Below are positions 25,450 to 37,074 of a stretch of 64,000 nt of DNA, one piece after another. The DNA is from Mytilus californianus (Eukaryota), in assembly GCF_021869535.1 (NCBI RefSeq), contig NW_026262702.1, positions 1,054,001 to 1,118,000 of the forward strand. Reading direction: 5' to 3'. Under the pieces are notes generated by a model that was not told where the DNA came from, ran no database searches, and saw only the letters and a program-made list of their open reading frames with translations. The first letter of the stretch is position 1. Each line of letters opens with the position of its first letter. The position numbers and the translations under genes are program-made.

Positions 25450-26790
25450 ATAAAATTGAGAATGGAAATGGGGAATGTGTCAAAGAGACCAAAGAGCAGA
25501 AAACAGCCGAAGGCCACTAATGGGTCTTCAACACAGCGAGAAAATCCCGCACCCGGAGTCGGGCAGCTGAAGCCCGTAAATAAAAATGTGTACTAGTTCA
25601 GTGAAAATGGACGTCATACTAAACTCCAAAACATATAAATGAACTAAAATTAAAAAACATACAAGACTAACAAAGGCCAGAGGATCCTGACTCGGGACAG
25701 GCGCAAAAATGCGGCGGGGTTAAACATGTTTTGTGAGATCTCAACACTCCCCCTATCAGTCTAGCCAATGTAGAATAAACAAAAACACAGCAATATGCAC
25801 AGTAAAACTCAGTTTAAAAGAAGTCCGAGTCCGATGTCAGAATAGGTAACAAAAGAAACTAAGCAAAATGACAATGATACATAAATTAACAAAGGACTAC
25901 TAGCAGTTACTGACATGCCAGCTCCAGACTTCAGTTAAACTGATTGAAAGATTATGACGTCATCATATGAAAATCAAGCACAATCCATCCTGTTAGGGGT
26001 TTAGTATCATACCATCATAAAATATATGAGAAGAACATAACCCGTATCATGCCAACAACTGGTTTTTAGAACAAATGTGTATATTTCCGATGAAAAGACC
26101 CTATGAGTGAATCAATATCAATACCAAAATATGCCATCTTCAATGACCTGACAACAGTTTCGTAACTATATCCCTTCTGAATAAGTCTGTTTAAAGGTTT
26201 GGTTAGCTTTTGAGGTGAATGCCGACATTTTTGTGCTTTGTTAGGAATATTACCATAAAAGATTGGATGTGAAATACCTGAACGTATAAGATGTCTGCAT
26301 GTTGATTTATATTTACGAATGATGTCCTTGTACCGATGATAAAATTTGGGAAATGTTTTGACTAGTTTGTGATATCGAAAACCCTGGTGTAATAATTTTT
26401 CAGTAATACAAAGATTTCTGTCGTTAAAATCAAATACAGCATTACATACACGAGCGAATCGAACAAGTTGAGATATATAAACACCATAAGATGGCGACAA
26501 GGGAAAGTCACCATATAAAAATGGATAATTAACAATAGGAAATGAAAAATCATCTCTTTTATCATAAATTTTGGTTTTAAGCTTCCCGTTTAAGATATAG
26601 ATATCAAGATCCAGGAAAGGGCAGTGTTCATTGTTAGAATTAGCTTTATTTAAAGTCAGTTCAGCAGGATAAATCTCTTTAGTGTACATATTGAACTCGT
26701 CATTATTGAGAGCCAATTTATTATATATCATCCAAATATCTAAAAGTGTTATTAAATTTTTGTATCAGATCAAGTTTGCTTATTTGCTAC
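25450..26790 (-). mobile_element. Penelope-like retroelement family 1: 5'-truncated RT C-terminus plus 3' tail
   Basis: RT motif FNNTFRYLDDI (YLDD at 26727-26738) is followed by a 7-nt frameshifting insertion. ORF 26066..26731 then gives PFLDL..IYDKRDDFSFPIVNYPFL..SYGVYISQLVRFAR, typical of PLE RT thumb regions. No GIY-YIG follows the RT. Confidence 0.85.
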
Positions 26791-27013
26791 AAAAATATTG
26801 CCTATAACATCAATGTTACTTTTGTTAACTTCCCAGTAAAGATAACACTAGATATTACTAACTAATCAAATCATAGGACGGTTAACAAAAGGATGACTGA
26901 AAATCTTGTGTGACCTGAACAAAAATGCTTGCCTTATATTCACCTCAACTCTGGTGATAAAAGACAAAAGCAATTAATCTCATTTGCATAGATTGATATT
27001 CAAAACTACATCA

Positions 27014-27355
27014 ATGTGATGACTGAACGGCAGTCGGATGATGAATGATCCATGTGATGACTGAACGGCAGTCGGATGATGAATGATCCATGTGATGACT
27101 GAACGGCAGTCGGATGATGATTGATCCATGTGATGACTGAACGGCAGTCGGATGATTATTGATCCATGTGATGACTGAACGGCAGTCGGATGATGATTGA
27201 TCCATGTGATGACTGAATGGCAGTCGGATGATGATTGATACATGTGATGACTGAACTGCAGTCGGATGATGATTGATCCATGTGATGACTGAACCGCAGT
27301 CGGATGATGATTGATCCATGTGATGACTGAACCGCAGTCGGATGATGAATGATCC
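27014..27355. repeat. 38-bp minisatellite, 9 copies
   Basis: Unit ATGTGATGACTGAACGGCAGTCGGATGATGA(A/T)TGATCC with few substitutions. Confidence 0.95.
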
Positions 27356-27986
27356 ATACAAAGGATAACAGAAATTCAAAAAATAGCGGACACTGCAACA
27401 AACTCCTCCGACAAAATACACATACACACAATGACAAAAACGAACAACACGTGGTCCAGATAACCTTACTTGACACAGCCACCTAATGTATATGTGTGTA
27501 AAACAAGTGTATTGTGCGCAAATCTGCTTATGTATTAAAATTAAAAAAAAGCTTGCATAGGATTCAAGACGTATAAAAGCTTTTATAATGATTTGATAGA
27601 ATAGCATCAGCAATGTGTTTAAAACCTAAAATATGTATCCTTAGAGACCAAACATACCATTTAAATCAATTGTAGTAGGTAGCCTACGGAAGCCCATAGG
27701 GGACCTAAAAAAATAATAGTATATCGTTATCTCAATATATATATCGTTCTTTTGATATAATTAAATCGTTATCTCGATATATTAAGATCGTCATCTCGAT
27801 TTTTATATCGTTATACCGATATAATTATATCGTTATATCGATATAGTTAAATTCGTGGCTTCCGTAGTAGCCATCCATTAAAATCTTAAAATGTTAATTT
27901 TTTTATTTCGACGAGAGAATAAATATTAAAAGGACTATACATTTATAGATTATTTTATACAAAATGCAATAAATAGGAGTACTCAC

Positions 27987-28084
27987 CATCATTCCGAAGA
28001 ACATATCACAATTACCAACGCAAGTTCCTGGGCTGTCACTGTTGTACTGGCTAACAATGCTAGACGTATTCATCTGAGAACAAC
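27987..28084 (-). CDS. CTLD-WSC receptor exon 3: first half of the WSC domain
   Basis: ttttttaag|GT TGT gives GCSQMNTSSIVSQYNSDSPGTCVGNCDMFFGMM; donor ATG|GTGAGT, phase 1 to 0. Not in the ORF track. Confidence 0.85.
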
Positions 28085-28699
28085 CTTAAAAAATCAGAGA
28101 TATGATTGCAATTTTAGGCAAAGATAAGTAATACTTTTACTTATGATAAATTAAGACAAGATAAAAAAAAACCTTCTACGAGTTATCAAACATTTAATAG
28201 TAGATAATCTGTAATTTATCCTTATAACCTTATAATTGAGATTATCAAATTTAAATATAAATCAAACATGTATTGCAAAAAAGTATACAAACGTACCGAA
28301 CTTCAAGGTAAATTCAAAAAGTGGGACGTCCATAAAAATTGACTAAATCATATGTATTCAATCAACGGAATGAGTGAAAAATAACTGTCATATTCCTGAC
28401 TTGGAAAATGCATTTTCCGAAGAAAATGTTGGGTTACATGGTTTTATAGCCAGCTAAACCTCGCACTAGTATGACAGTTGTTTATAGTTCCGTTATATTG
28501 ACAGAATTGGATGAGCAACCCAAACAGACATAATTATAGGTAAATGTAACAATAATTGCGATCCAACAGCCAAAATTGTGTAATCATACATACAAACTAA
28601 CTTAAAAATTCGAACAAACATACAAATAAATCTGACAAAGACGCCAACAAAAACATTTTTGTATTGATTGTATATTGAAAAATACACGAATACAATTTT

Positions 28700-29450
28700 T
28701 TATGTAGTTGATAGTACCTACCGTATTAAGTAAAATATAAACAGAAGGGTAAACAAAAACCTGTACAGAAAATAAAGACTCACAAATTCAGCACCAAAAA
28801 CCTGTAACTCAAAACCAGCTTGTATTATTTGTGTAGTAGACACTGAATATTTATCTATTAGGTCTTGGTACTTTCCGATGAACTTTTTGAGAAAAAGGAC
28901 GAGACGTTTTTTGACAAAACCCTGGCTTATTAATTTTTGCTTATACACCGGTGACGTTTTACAAAGTCTGAGTAGCAACTGCAAGTTCTTGAATATCAAG
29001 TTGCGAAAGGTTTACTTCATATGTGGTTGAAGTTGGTTTGTTGCTGTTAACGTGAGGAAAATTAATAATTTCAAAATTGAAATCGTCTCGTTTGTCATAG
29101 ATTCTGGTACTGAGATGACCGCTGGTTGTCAAATCGAGGTAAATGTGTGGAAATGAGGCGGAGGAGCTGTACCTGTGGTTTCTTTGATTTCTAGTTCAGG
29201 GGGATGTATTAATGGGACCCAATCAGAAAAGTTTGGACTGTTAACGGTAAGAACATCATCAATATATCTGTATTTGAAATTAAATGATCTTGCTTCTTTG
29301 ATCTTCTTTTTTTTCACAAGTGTCTGAAGGAACTCGGACTCATGTGAAAAAAAGAAAAGGTCGAGCAGGAGAGATGCACAGGTGGTTCCCATAGGAATAC
29401 CGACAACCTGCTGGAAAACAAATTAAACAAATATGTTGTCAATGAAAAAC
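28700..29450 (-). mobile_element. Penelope-like retroelement family 2, degraded RT fragment
   Basis: FQQVVGIPMGTTCASLL..LF, FKYRYIDDVL and YPPELEIKETT-like motifs (ORF 29129..29392), plus the C-terminal QGF...L.KF.GKY.DL..KY (ORF 28718..28999), joined across frameshifts. Confidence 0.8.
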
Positions 29451-29521
29451 TCTAGCATACTTATATACTTTCTCACATGAATTGATAATTTTAAAAATGC
29501 ATCTTCAAAACATCTACATAC

Positions 29522-29716
29522 CCATTATCTGTATCCACGGTGTAAATTCATCGTATGTTCCAACCCAAAAGTTTGTATTTTGAGGAAATGAACAGTTATA
29601 AAGCTGTTGTTGAAAAGAACCATTAACTAAATCACCGCCTCGTTGTAAGCAATCATCTCTTGCAGCATCCCAGTTTAATTGAGTAGAATTATATCTATAC
29701 ACCAATATGCATGAAT
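29522..29716 (-). CDS. CTLD-WSC receptor exon 2: N-terminal half of lectin domain 1
   Basis: ttttctacag|AT TCA gives SCILVYRYNSTQLNWDAARDDCLQRGGDLV...NFWVGTYDEFTPWIQIM; donor TGG|GTATGT, 195 nt, phase 1-1. Has the NW.AAR..C...GG.L and FWVG CTLD motifs. Confidence 0.9.
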
Positions 29717-32260
29717 CTGTAGAAAAAGGTAAAGACAATGGTAATGATAGTTATTTCAGCATGTTTGTCTCTCAAAGGGTTAAAGTTTTAATCTGTATCG
29801 ACTACATGAGTTGCTAGACTACAAAATCAAATCTGAAAGCAAAACGATTAGCTTGAACGTAAACTCTTTGAACCACGGACTGTAGTTTTCGGTTTTTTTT
29901 GGGGGGGTGGTGGCATATTTCTAGGGCTTTTTTTCCTAGACCAGGAATATTCGAATTATACGATTCCCCTTCATTTATCACCACGCTTACAAACAAGAAA
30001 ACTATTTTGGAAAATATTTCAAATTTTATGCAGTAATCAATTAAAGAAACTGATGAACAATTTAAATATACGGAATTCAAATAGGAAAGCTATAATACTA
30101 TCCCAAGCCCATTTGCTTAACTTGGTAAATACAATACAAACTAGTTCTTTTAAAGCATTCCTCTACTATCAATTTACTCGAATAGACTTTTGTCCGTTCC
30201 TTAACTTATGATAGGTGTCTTAGGGGTCAAAAGCAAATCCGATAAATGTTCATTTAAATGTGATTATAATATACTAAATGCAAAATGAAAAAAAAGGAAT
30301 TAAAAAGAAGTTAAATGCACCACCCCTGTGAGAGTATTTGAGATATTGGTTCGTTATGGTTGAAAGTTGTCATCCAGATGTTAGATGTTGTATTTCTTTT
30401 GTCACGCAGTATTTTTAATTGAGATCATGCAAATAATAACTATAAACACAAAAAGAACTGAAAAGAACACGCGAACCAATGAAAGCTTGTTGTTTATGTC
30501 TATGCATATGTCATACAACAGGTTATTTGTTACTGCAACTATTTAAAGTCTATTGTTAGCTTTAGAAAGATTTTTAATGATGATAGATAGTTTGATAAAT
30601 TTAAACTTCCTGGGAATCTTCAATTATTTACAAATTACTAATAATGTTGTTATTTCAGTTATATCTTATCAGTAATAAATCAACTAACTGCGATAGCACA
30701 AAAACAATATTGTTTATCATAATTATCCAAGATGCAAACAAATAATAACAATAAAAAATAATATCATTTTCATGTACCATTACAACATTACTGTAGCTTC
30801 ATATGCAAAATCAAACAATTTTGTCGCACAATTACTACTCAGACAAAACTTGAATTGTTTAATCAGAAGTCATTTACTAATGCATTTGTTTTTGGTCATT
30901 CCAATACGTTTACACCGTCAATTCGTATGAACGCGCTAAGTTTTTTGATTTTTGCATTCTGTACGTATGATCACGTGAATTAAGCTGCAACCTTCGGAAA
31001 TTTCCTTTTTAATGATATAGTATAGTGTTATTTTTTTACCTGCTATTGGCGTCTCTACTGATCAATCAATTGAAAATGTGTGATTTGTTTTGGTTTAACT
31101 AAGTTCAAAAAATAATCGTCTTCATTTCGTTATAGACAATGATATAATATACCATATAATTTTAAAACCATTGTTTTAAGAACAATAGTCATAAAATTAT
31201 AGTATACTTTTATACTCGTTGTTTATGATCTTTCTTTTTTTCTATTTATCCCTTTTTATTTCTTTCCATCGACTGAAGCTAGAAGGTAATACATTCATGT
31301 AAGTCAGACTCAAGGACGAAGTAATAAACTGTGATATATGCAATTATTAAATGTTCTAGAAATTGTAGCAAGCCAATCTGGGAGCTAAAAGGCAATGAAA
31401 TATACGTGAAACATACGTTTGAGTGAAAGTGACAAAAGGGAGGTACAATAAAGTTAAGCTTTGAGTAAAAAAAATGTGTCGCAGTGCTTAAAACTTGAAT
31501 GATAAAGGTTCTTCTTCCGAATTTTACTATATAGTATGTGAGGTTTTGTAATTCACTTTTGAAAATTCCTAAAACTTAGCCCAAGTAAATGTAGAAATGA
31601 CAAATCGTTGTACCTTGTGGGACGATTCACCAGTCAACCTTTTTCATAATAAGCATGTTTTCACAAATTGAAAAAAAAAAAATCATAAAAGATTTTCGAA
31701 TTCTCTACATGATAAGACAAATCTGCTAAAAGTTCCTCTGATATTTTTAAGGACTATCATGTCTTTATTGAAGAATTAATACATTTTATTGGATCTTATT
31801 TTTTTATTTTTACGCATGAATGAAAGGAAATTTTGGTTATACGTATAATGAGACAGCAACCCAAAGTCAAAATGACCACAAGACATCATGAGCCTAAGAC
31901 AATAGACAAGTTTCAAGCTTTAAATCGTCATAATTCTATTAAAGTTTAGAATAGATTAAACAGAAATGATCAAACTCTGTCATCAACATAAAACTACCCA
32001 AATAATAATAAAAAAGAACATCAAAATATGAAATAAGGACACTACTGGTTGAGGTTCCTGATTATGGACTGACATAAATATGTGTCGGAGTTAAGGACTT
32101 TTATTTTTATCTTGACCCTACTGCTTTTTATCTTGATCAGTGCATTAAAAAAAATACACAAAAGAACCTACAAAAAAATCTGAAATAACGATATAATAGT
32201 CAACAACAAAAAATGACAAACAAAAAATTAATGATAAACTATCTTATGCCGTATGTTTAC

Positions 32261-32351
32261 TCGTCACAATAACTGGAAGTAAGCGCAAAGTACTTAAGCT
32301 GATGATAAGTAAATGCCTTTCAGTACCTTGATATCGGTTGCTGAACTTCAT
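32261..32351 (-). CDS. CTLD-WSC receptor putative exon 1 (signal peptide)
   Basis: ATG MKFSNRYQGTERHLLIISLSTLRLLPVIVT plus 1 nt, donor GA|GTAAAC. The phase-1 end fits exon 2. The hydrophobic core is only moderate, so this exon is tentative. Confidence 0.45.
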
Positions 32352-34744
32352 AGAAGATTTCCTTTGTCATAAACACCAGCAACTTTATTAAAAGTACAAG
32401 AATGAAAACATGATCTGGAGCAATGTCCATCTAAAATGTTAAGAAAAACAAAAACAAAAAATATTTTTGTATTGTTCAAAAAATGAAAACAACACGTTAT
32501 AAATTTCATGCGCCCGAAGCGCTTTTTTGAATTTACCTTCACAAGGAACACTCGCAGCCGAATATTTGAAAGCCAAGGTTGTATAAGAACCGAAACAGTC
32601 GAAGAGCTATATGACCAAAAAAGAAATAAATTGATGAATAAATGTCCACCCAAAAATTAAAGAAGCATCGATTGAATACCAACAAATAAACTGCCTTTTA
32701 TCAATAAGGCTGTAAAGTCAAAGAGAAAATTTTCAGGGAAATACCTTAATTTTGTAAGCTTTATGAACAATATTGCTGTAAAAAAACGGATACAAATTAC
32801 CACTTTTAATAAATATCTAGCGTGACTTCTTTCTTCATTGTATTTGCACTGATAGCATTCGTATAAAACGAAAAAAATATTCTTCGATAAAATTTCATTT
32901 AAGTTTTTTAAATGATTTAATCGCAATGAACATGAATGTTAAAAACAAATGTTTAAAAAAAGAATGTTGTACACACCTCTATAATTTTAGTTCGTTTAAT
33001 CAACAATGAAAAGAAATTATCAAATTAATTTTTTTGCACTTAATAACCCAACTGCTTCAATGCGTGCTAGTTTCTTATCTTAAATTTTGTTTCGCTTTGT
33101 TCATTATATAATGTTGTCCCGATGTATAGTCATCTTGTTTCACTCCTACCTTGATAATATCATATTCCGTTTCGTACCTCACCCATTAATTGTCTTAAAA
33201 TCCATTTATTAATAAATTGAATTTATATTATCATGATTTTTCATCCATTCATATAATTTGTTAATTTTTAAGTACTCACAGTTTTCAAAGAAGAAAAATA
33301 CGACAATGATAAAACACAGCTTGCAATTCATTCTTCCTATGCAAATATAACTATTTTGTATATAAAACTTTATTTAACACGGAAGTTTTAACACTTCAAT
33401 TGCTTTAGGAGTATCAAATTTCAATATATATTGTGTACCCGTTAAATGTCTTTCAGCTAAAAAATGTATCACATAATGGATGCATGGGTGGTTTTCCAAA
33501 TGAACTTAAAAACAGTACTTCATTTATTATATATTGGCATTTCATAGTACACACAAAGGATAACAGTAATAAGCGACAATACCTTATTTCTCCAGGTGCA
33601 TAGGCACCGAACCCGCAACTTTCGCAAATGAAAAAGGAAAAGAATTTCTAGATATAATGCACAGAAACAATGGGAACGAAGCCTTCTATTGTATCGACAC
33701 GGACGTTATTGAAACAACATTTGCAAAAAGGCAGCTTGGAACACTTTAACGGATCCACCTAAATTGTGAACGAATTTCAAAGTATACCATACTAATATTT
33801 TCCGTATAATTTTAACAATTTTTCGGGAAAATAGTGTATATACCACGCAAGAATCAATATGTCCATGCTTCCGGACTTACCATACACCTTCGGATATTTG
33901 CCTAATGCTGGTGACTGATTTGTAAGTAATCAAGTAACAAAGTCTTCCTCTGTCCCATTAAGAAAGACTAGTAAATGGTTAGCTTAAATTTTGATATTAC
34001 GAAAAAAATTTCACAAAATGTTATACACGTTACTTATACATAAATACTGGACCTCATTTTGGTTGTTATTGAACGACCATCGATTACGATAAACGTCAAA
34101 ACTACTAACGAGTCATATGGCTGATGGCAAATGCAAAATATTAAAAGAAACTTCACGTTAAGAAACTAAGTATATCCAATCCATCTGTACATCATTTCAC
34201 TCAGTGCAAATGTTATTGTTTAGTTTTATATTTATGGAGGTTGTTGAGAGTGTGGTATGTATTGCTAAAGGTTATCTTATTGAAGTACATATATTTTACG
34301 GTCTTAAATTTCAATTTGATTTGAATGATTCAAATTGGTCAAACAAAATAGATGAAATTACTCATTGTATGAACAAAATTAGCTTAGAGGTCAAAATAAA
34401 AATTCGTGTGCAAAAACTGTTTAAAAGAAGATTACAGAATTCAACAAAATGTTATTTGAAGACAACTCAGCCACAATATTCCGGTATAACTGTTTGAACA
34501 AACAAATATTTAGAAATGTCCACATATGAGGCAAGTGGGTAGCCTTAATACTGAAACCACTGTGGTGTGTATATTAAGAAAATCATTTTGGGAGTATGCA
34601 GTATACACTTTGATGTATGTAGAAATAGACAACTTGTTATCAATACAACAAACTTCTTTTCATCACGCTAAATTGCAGTCGATGAAAAAAATCACCTGGT
34701 TTTATTCGCTCCAATAACAACCCAAACTCACTTCTAATAAGTCC

Positions 34745-35011
34745 AGGGGCCTCGGTGGCCGAGTGGTCTAAGTAGTTACTACTGTAATCACTAGCCAGTC
34801 AACACTGAGGTTGTGAGTTCGAACCCCGCTCGTGCGGGTGCACTCGACTCCAATCTTAATTGACTAGGATTGTCAATTTTCCTATCGAAGGTCGGTGGTT
34901 TTCTCCGGGCACTCTGGCTTCCTCCACCCATAAAAACTGGCCGCCACGAAATAGCCCAAAAGCGGTGCTTAAAAGTGGCGTTTAAACACCAAAAATCAAA
35001 ATCAAATCAAA
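34745..35011 (+). mobile_element. Full-length tRNA-derived SINE with a V-domain-like core
   Basis: A box TGGCCGAGTGG, B box GTTCGAACC, core GGTTTTCTCCGGGCACTCTGGCTTCCTCCACC, (AAATC)n tail, and a 12-bp TSD TCTAATAAGTCC at 34733-34744 and 35012-35023. Family name is from memory of V-SINEs. Confidence 0.85.
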
Positions 35012-35099
35012 TCTAATAAGTCCTTGAATGAAGTATACTGCAATATTGTTCGCAATGCCAATTTGACTCTGAATCTGTTGAATTTAACTATCTCTTAGT

Positions 35100-35590
35100 G
35101 ATATTAGGAGTCAAACATTCTTATATCATATGTGTAAAACTTGGAGTTAACAATTCTTATTCCATGTGTAATATTTGGGGTCCATTGTTATCATTGCACG
35201 TGTAATATTTGAAGTCAAAAAGGATTATTCCATTTCAATTGTATAATCATCCATTCTCATTCCAATTGAAATATTACGGCTCAACCATTTTATGTGTACA
35301 TTAAGGCTCGACCAGATTTGTTTTGTTTGTATAAGTGGGTTGCAAAAAGTTAAATTATAAATTTAATATTTGGAGTCAATAATTCAAACCAATTTCAAGT
35401 GCAGTATTAGGCATGAACCTTGCTTATTCCATGTGATGTATTAAAAGAGCCAACACTTCTTTTTACTGTTTTATATATTTGGACTCAGTAATTCTATTTC
35501 AATATATACTATTATGACTCAACAACTCTATGTGTGATATCAGCAGTCAGTAAAATTCATTCAATGTGAAATATTCAGAGTAATAAATTA
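35100..35590. repeat. Degenerate ~33-35-bp tandem repeat downstream of the pseudogene stop codon
   Basis: Recurrent GAGTCAA(C)AATTCTTATTCCATGTG..ATATT-like units. The homologous array at about 51600-52000 lies behind the intact paralog. Confidence 0.55.
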
Positions 35591-36097
35591 TAATTACATG
35601 TGAGGAAGAAACATAATTATTCATATATGTAATAAACAAAAACAAAATTATTTTAAAAGTATGATGATATAAATAGTTGTAGTCATGTTGCTGCTATATC
35701 CTGAGCATTAGTTAGAATATCTGTGTTCACTATGATTTTATTAGAACCACTTTGTTTAAAACCTTTCGACCTATCCTCATCAGCTGGAACTGGAATATCT
35801 ATTGTCATATCTAGGTCAGTTCTACCGTAAGATTCAGAGAAAGCAAACATAAATAACAGTCCAACAGCTATACTGCATAGCAGTGTCCAGTTCATCTATG
35901 ATGTTCCTGTCAATTAAGATAATATATCAGATATCAAAAGACTATCAATTGGAAATAATTTTAGATACAGGAATATATCTTCCTAATGAGAAGCTTTGAT
36001 TTTGTTTCCCGGATTTAGCTATACTTTAGGTTATTTTTGTTTGATTAGCTCTTCAACGATTGTATAAGTTTTAGTTTGTCAAATATTTTAGCGTCGA

Positions 36098-36141
36098 GCA
36101 TCACTGAAGAGAAATTTATTGTCGAAATGTCCATTTTATGT
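36098..36141 (+). ncRNA. Degenerate hammerhead motif, family 2
   Basis: GCATCA-CTGAAGA-GAAATTTATTGTC-GAAA-TGTCCAT... Core is present but stems III and I are decayed. Confidence 0.45.
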
Positions 36142-37074
36142 AGTCAAATTGGTACCGTTAGTGCTTTTATTAAGATATATGGTTGTCCGAAATTATGTGC
36201 TTCTTTTTAATGGAGCCAATGTCAATTGTAACATATGTTAATAGCTTATATATTTATAAAAGAGTTTAATGTTTCCTAAAGTCATATTCAAACTAGGATT
36301 GCATATTCCTCAATCAAAGTTGAACAGAAAAGATTTTGATAGTTCTGTAAAGCCTCAGGTTGTTTTATTGCACTTTAACGTTTTAATTTTGTTTTGTTAT
36401 TTTGATATTTCATTTTGTTTGTTTAATTAAATCCTGGGCTCACGTGTACTCGAAAAATCTTGTCGCACGCACAAAAATGTAGTTTTCAAGAATTTTTCTT
36501 TCATCTTTCGTCGCTAGTGTAGTCCACAATTTTCTATCAACTTCGATACTTAAATAGGTAAATGTTCACTCTAGCGGGCAAAATTGACCCAAAACGGTTG
36601 TTGACTGTTTGTTTTTGACCGTTTTGCTACATATGCTTTTAAATTTTTTTGTATTTGCATATTTGACATTCCTAACTTTTATTTTTGACCTTATTGCTGA
36701 TGCAGGTAATTCCGAGAAACGAAAAAAAGATTTTGACAGTTATGTGAAGCCTCAGGCTGTTCAAGTACTGTATATGACTACTAATTGAAAATAATTTACC
36801 TATATTTGGAATTTGTAGTGCTAACAAAAATATAACACCAAATATATTATTAAGCACAGTAAGAAAAGCACCAGTTATTCCGTCTGCTATGGGATACGAT
36901 ACTTCACAAGACAGTTCGAAAAATAATGGTACGCCTCCATTAAGAAATATACAACCAATGATACATGATATATATATCTGAACTGAAAAATAGAAGTGAG
37001 GGTGTATTAAAATTGTTTTAATCCGAATAAACAAAATAAAAGAGAAACCGTAAGTCATTGATAAGAAGCAGTCC

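Noticed and set aside
26980-27613. Three overlapping His/Ser-rich ORFs as real proteins
   Set aside because: They are by-products of a 38-bp minisatellite; there are no convincing splice sites or start context.
33560-33960. Possible 5' UTR exons of the receptor (donor-like ATG|GTAAGT near 33880 on the minus strand)
   Set aside because: Isolated donor motifs without supporting acceptors or transcript data.
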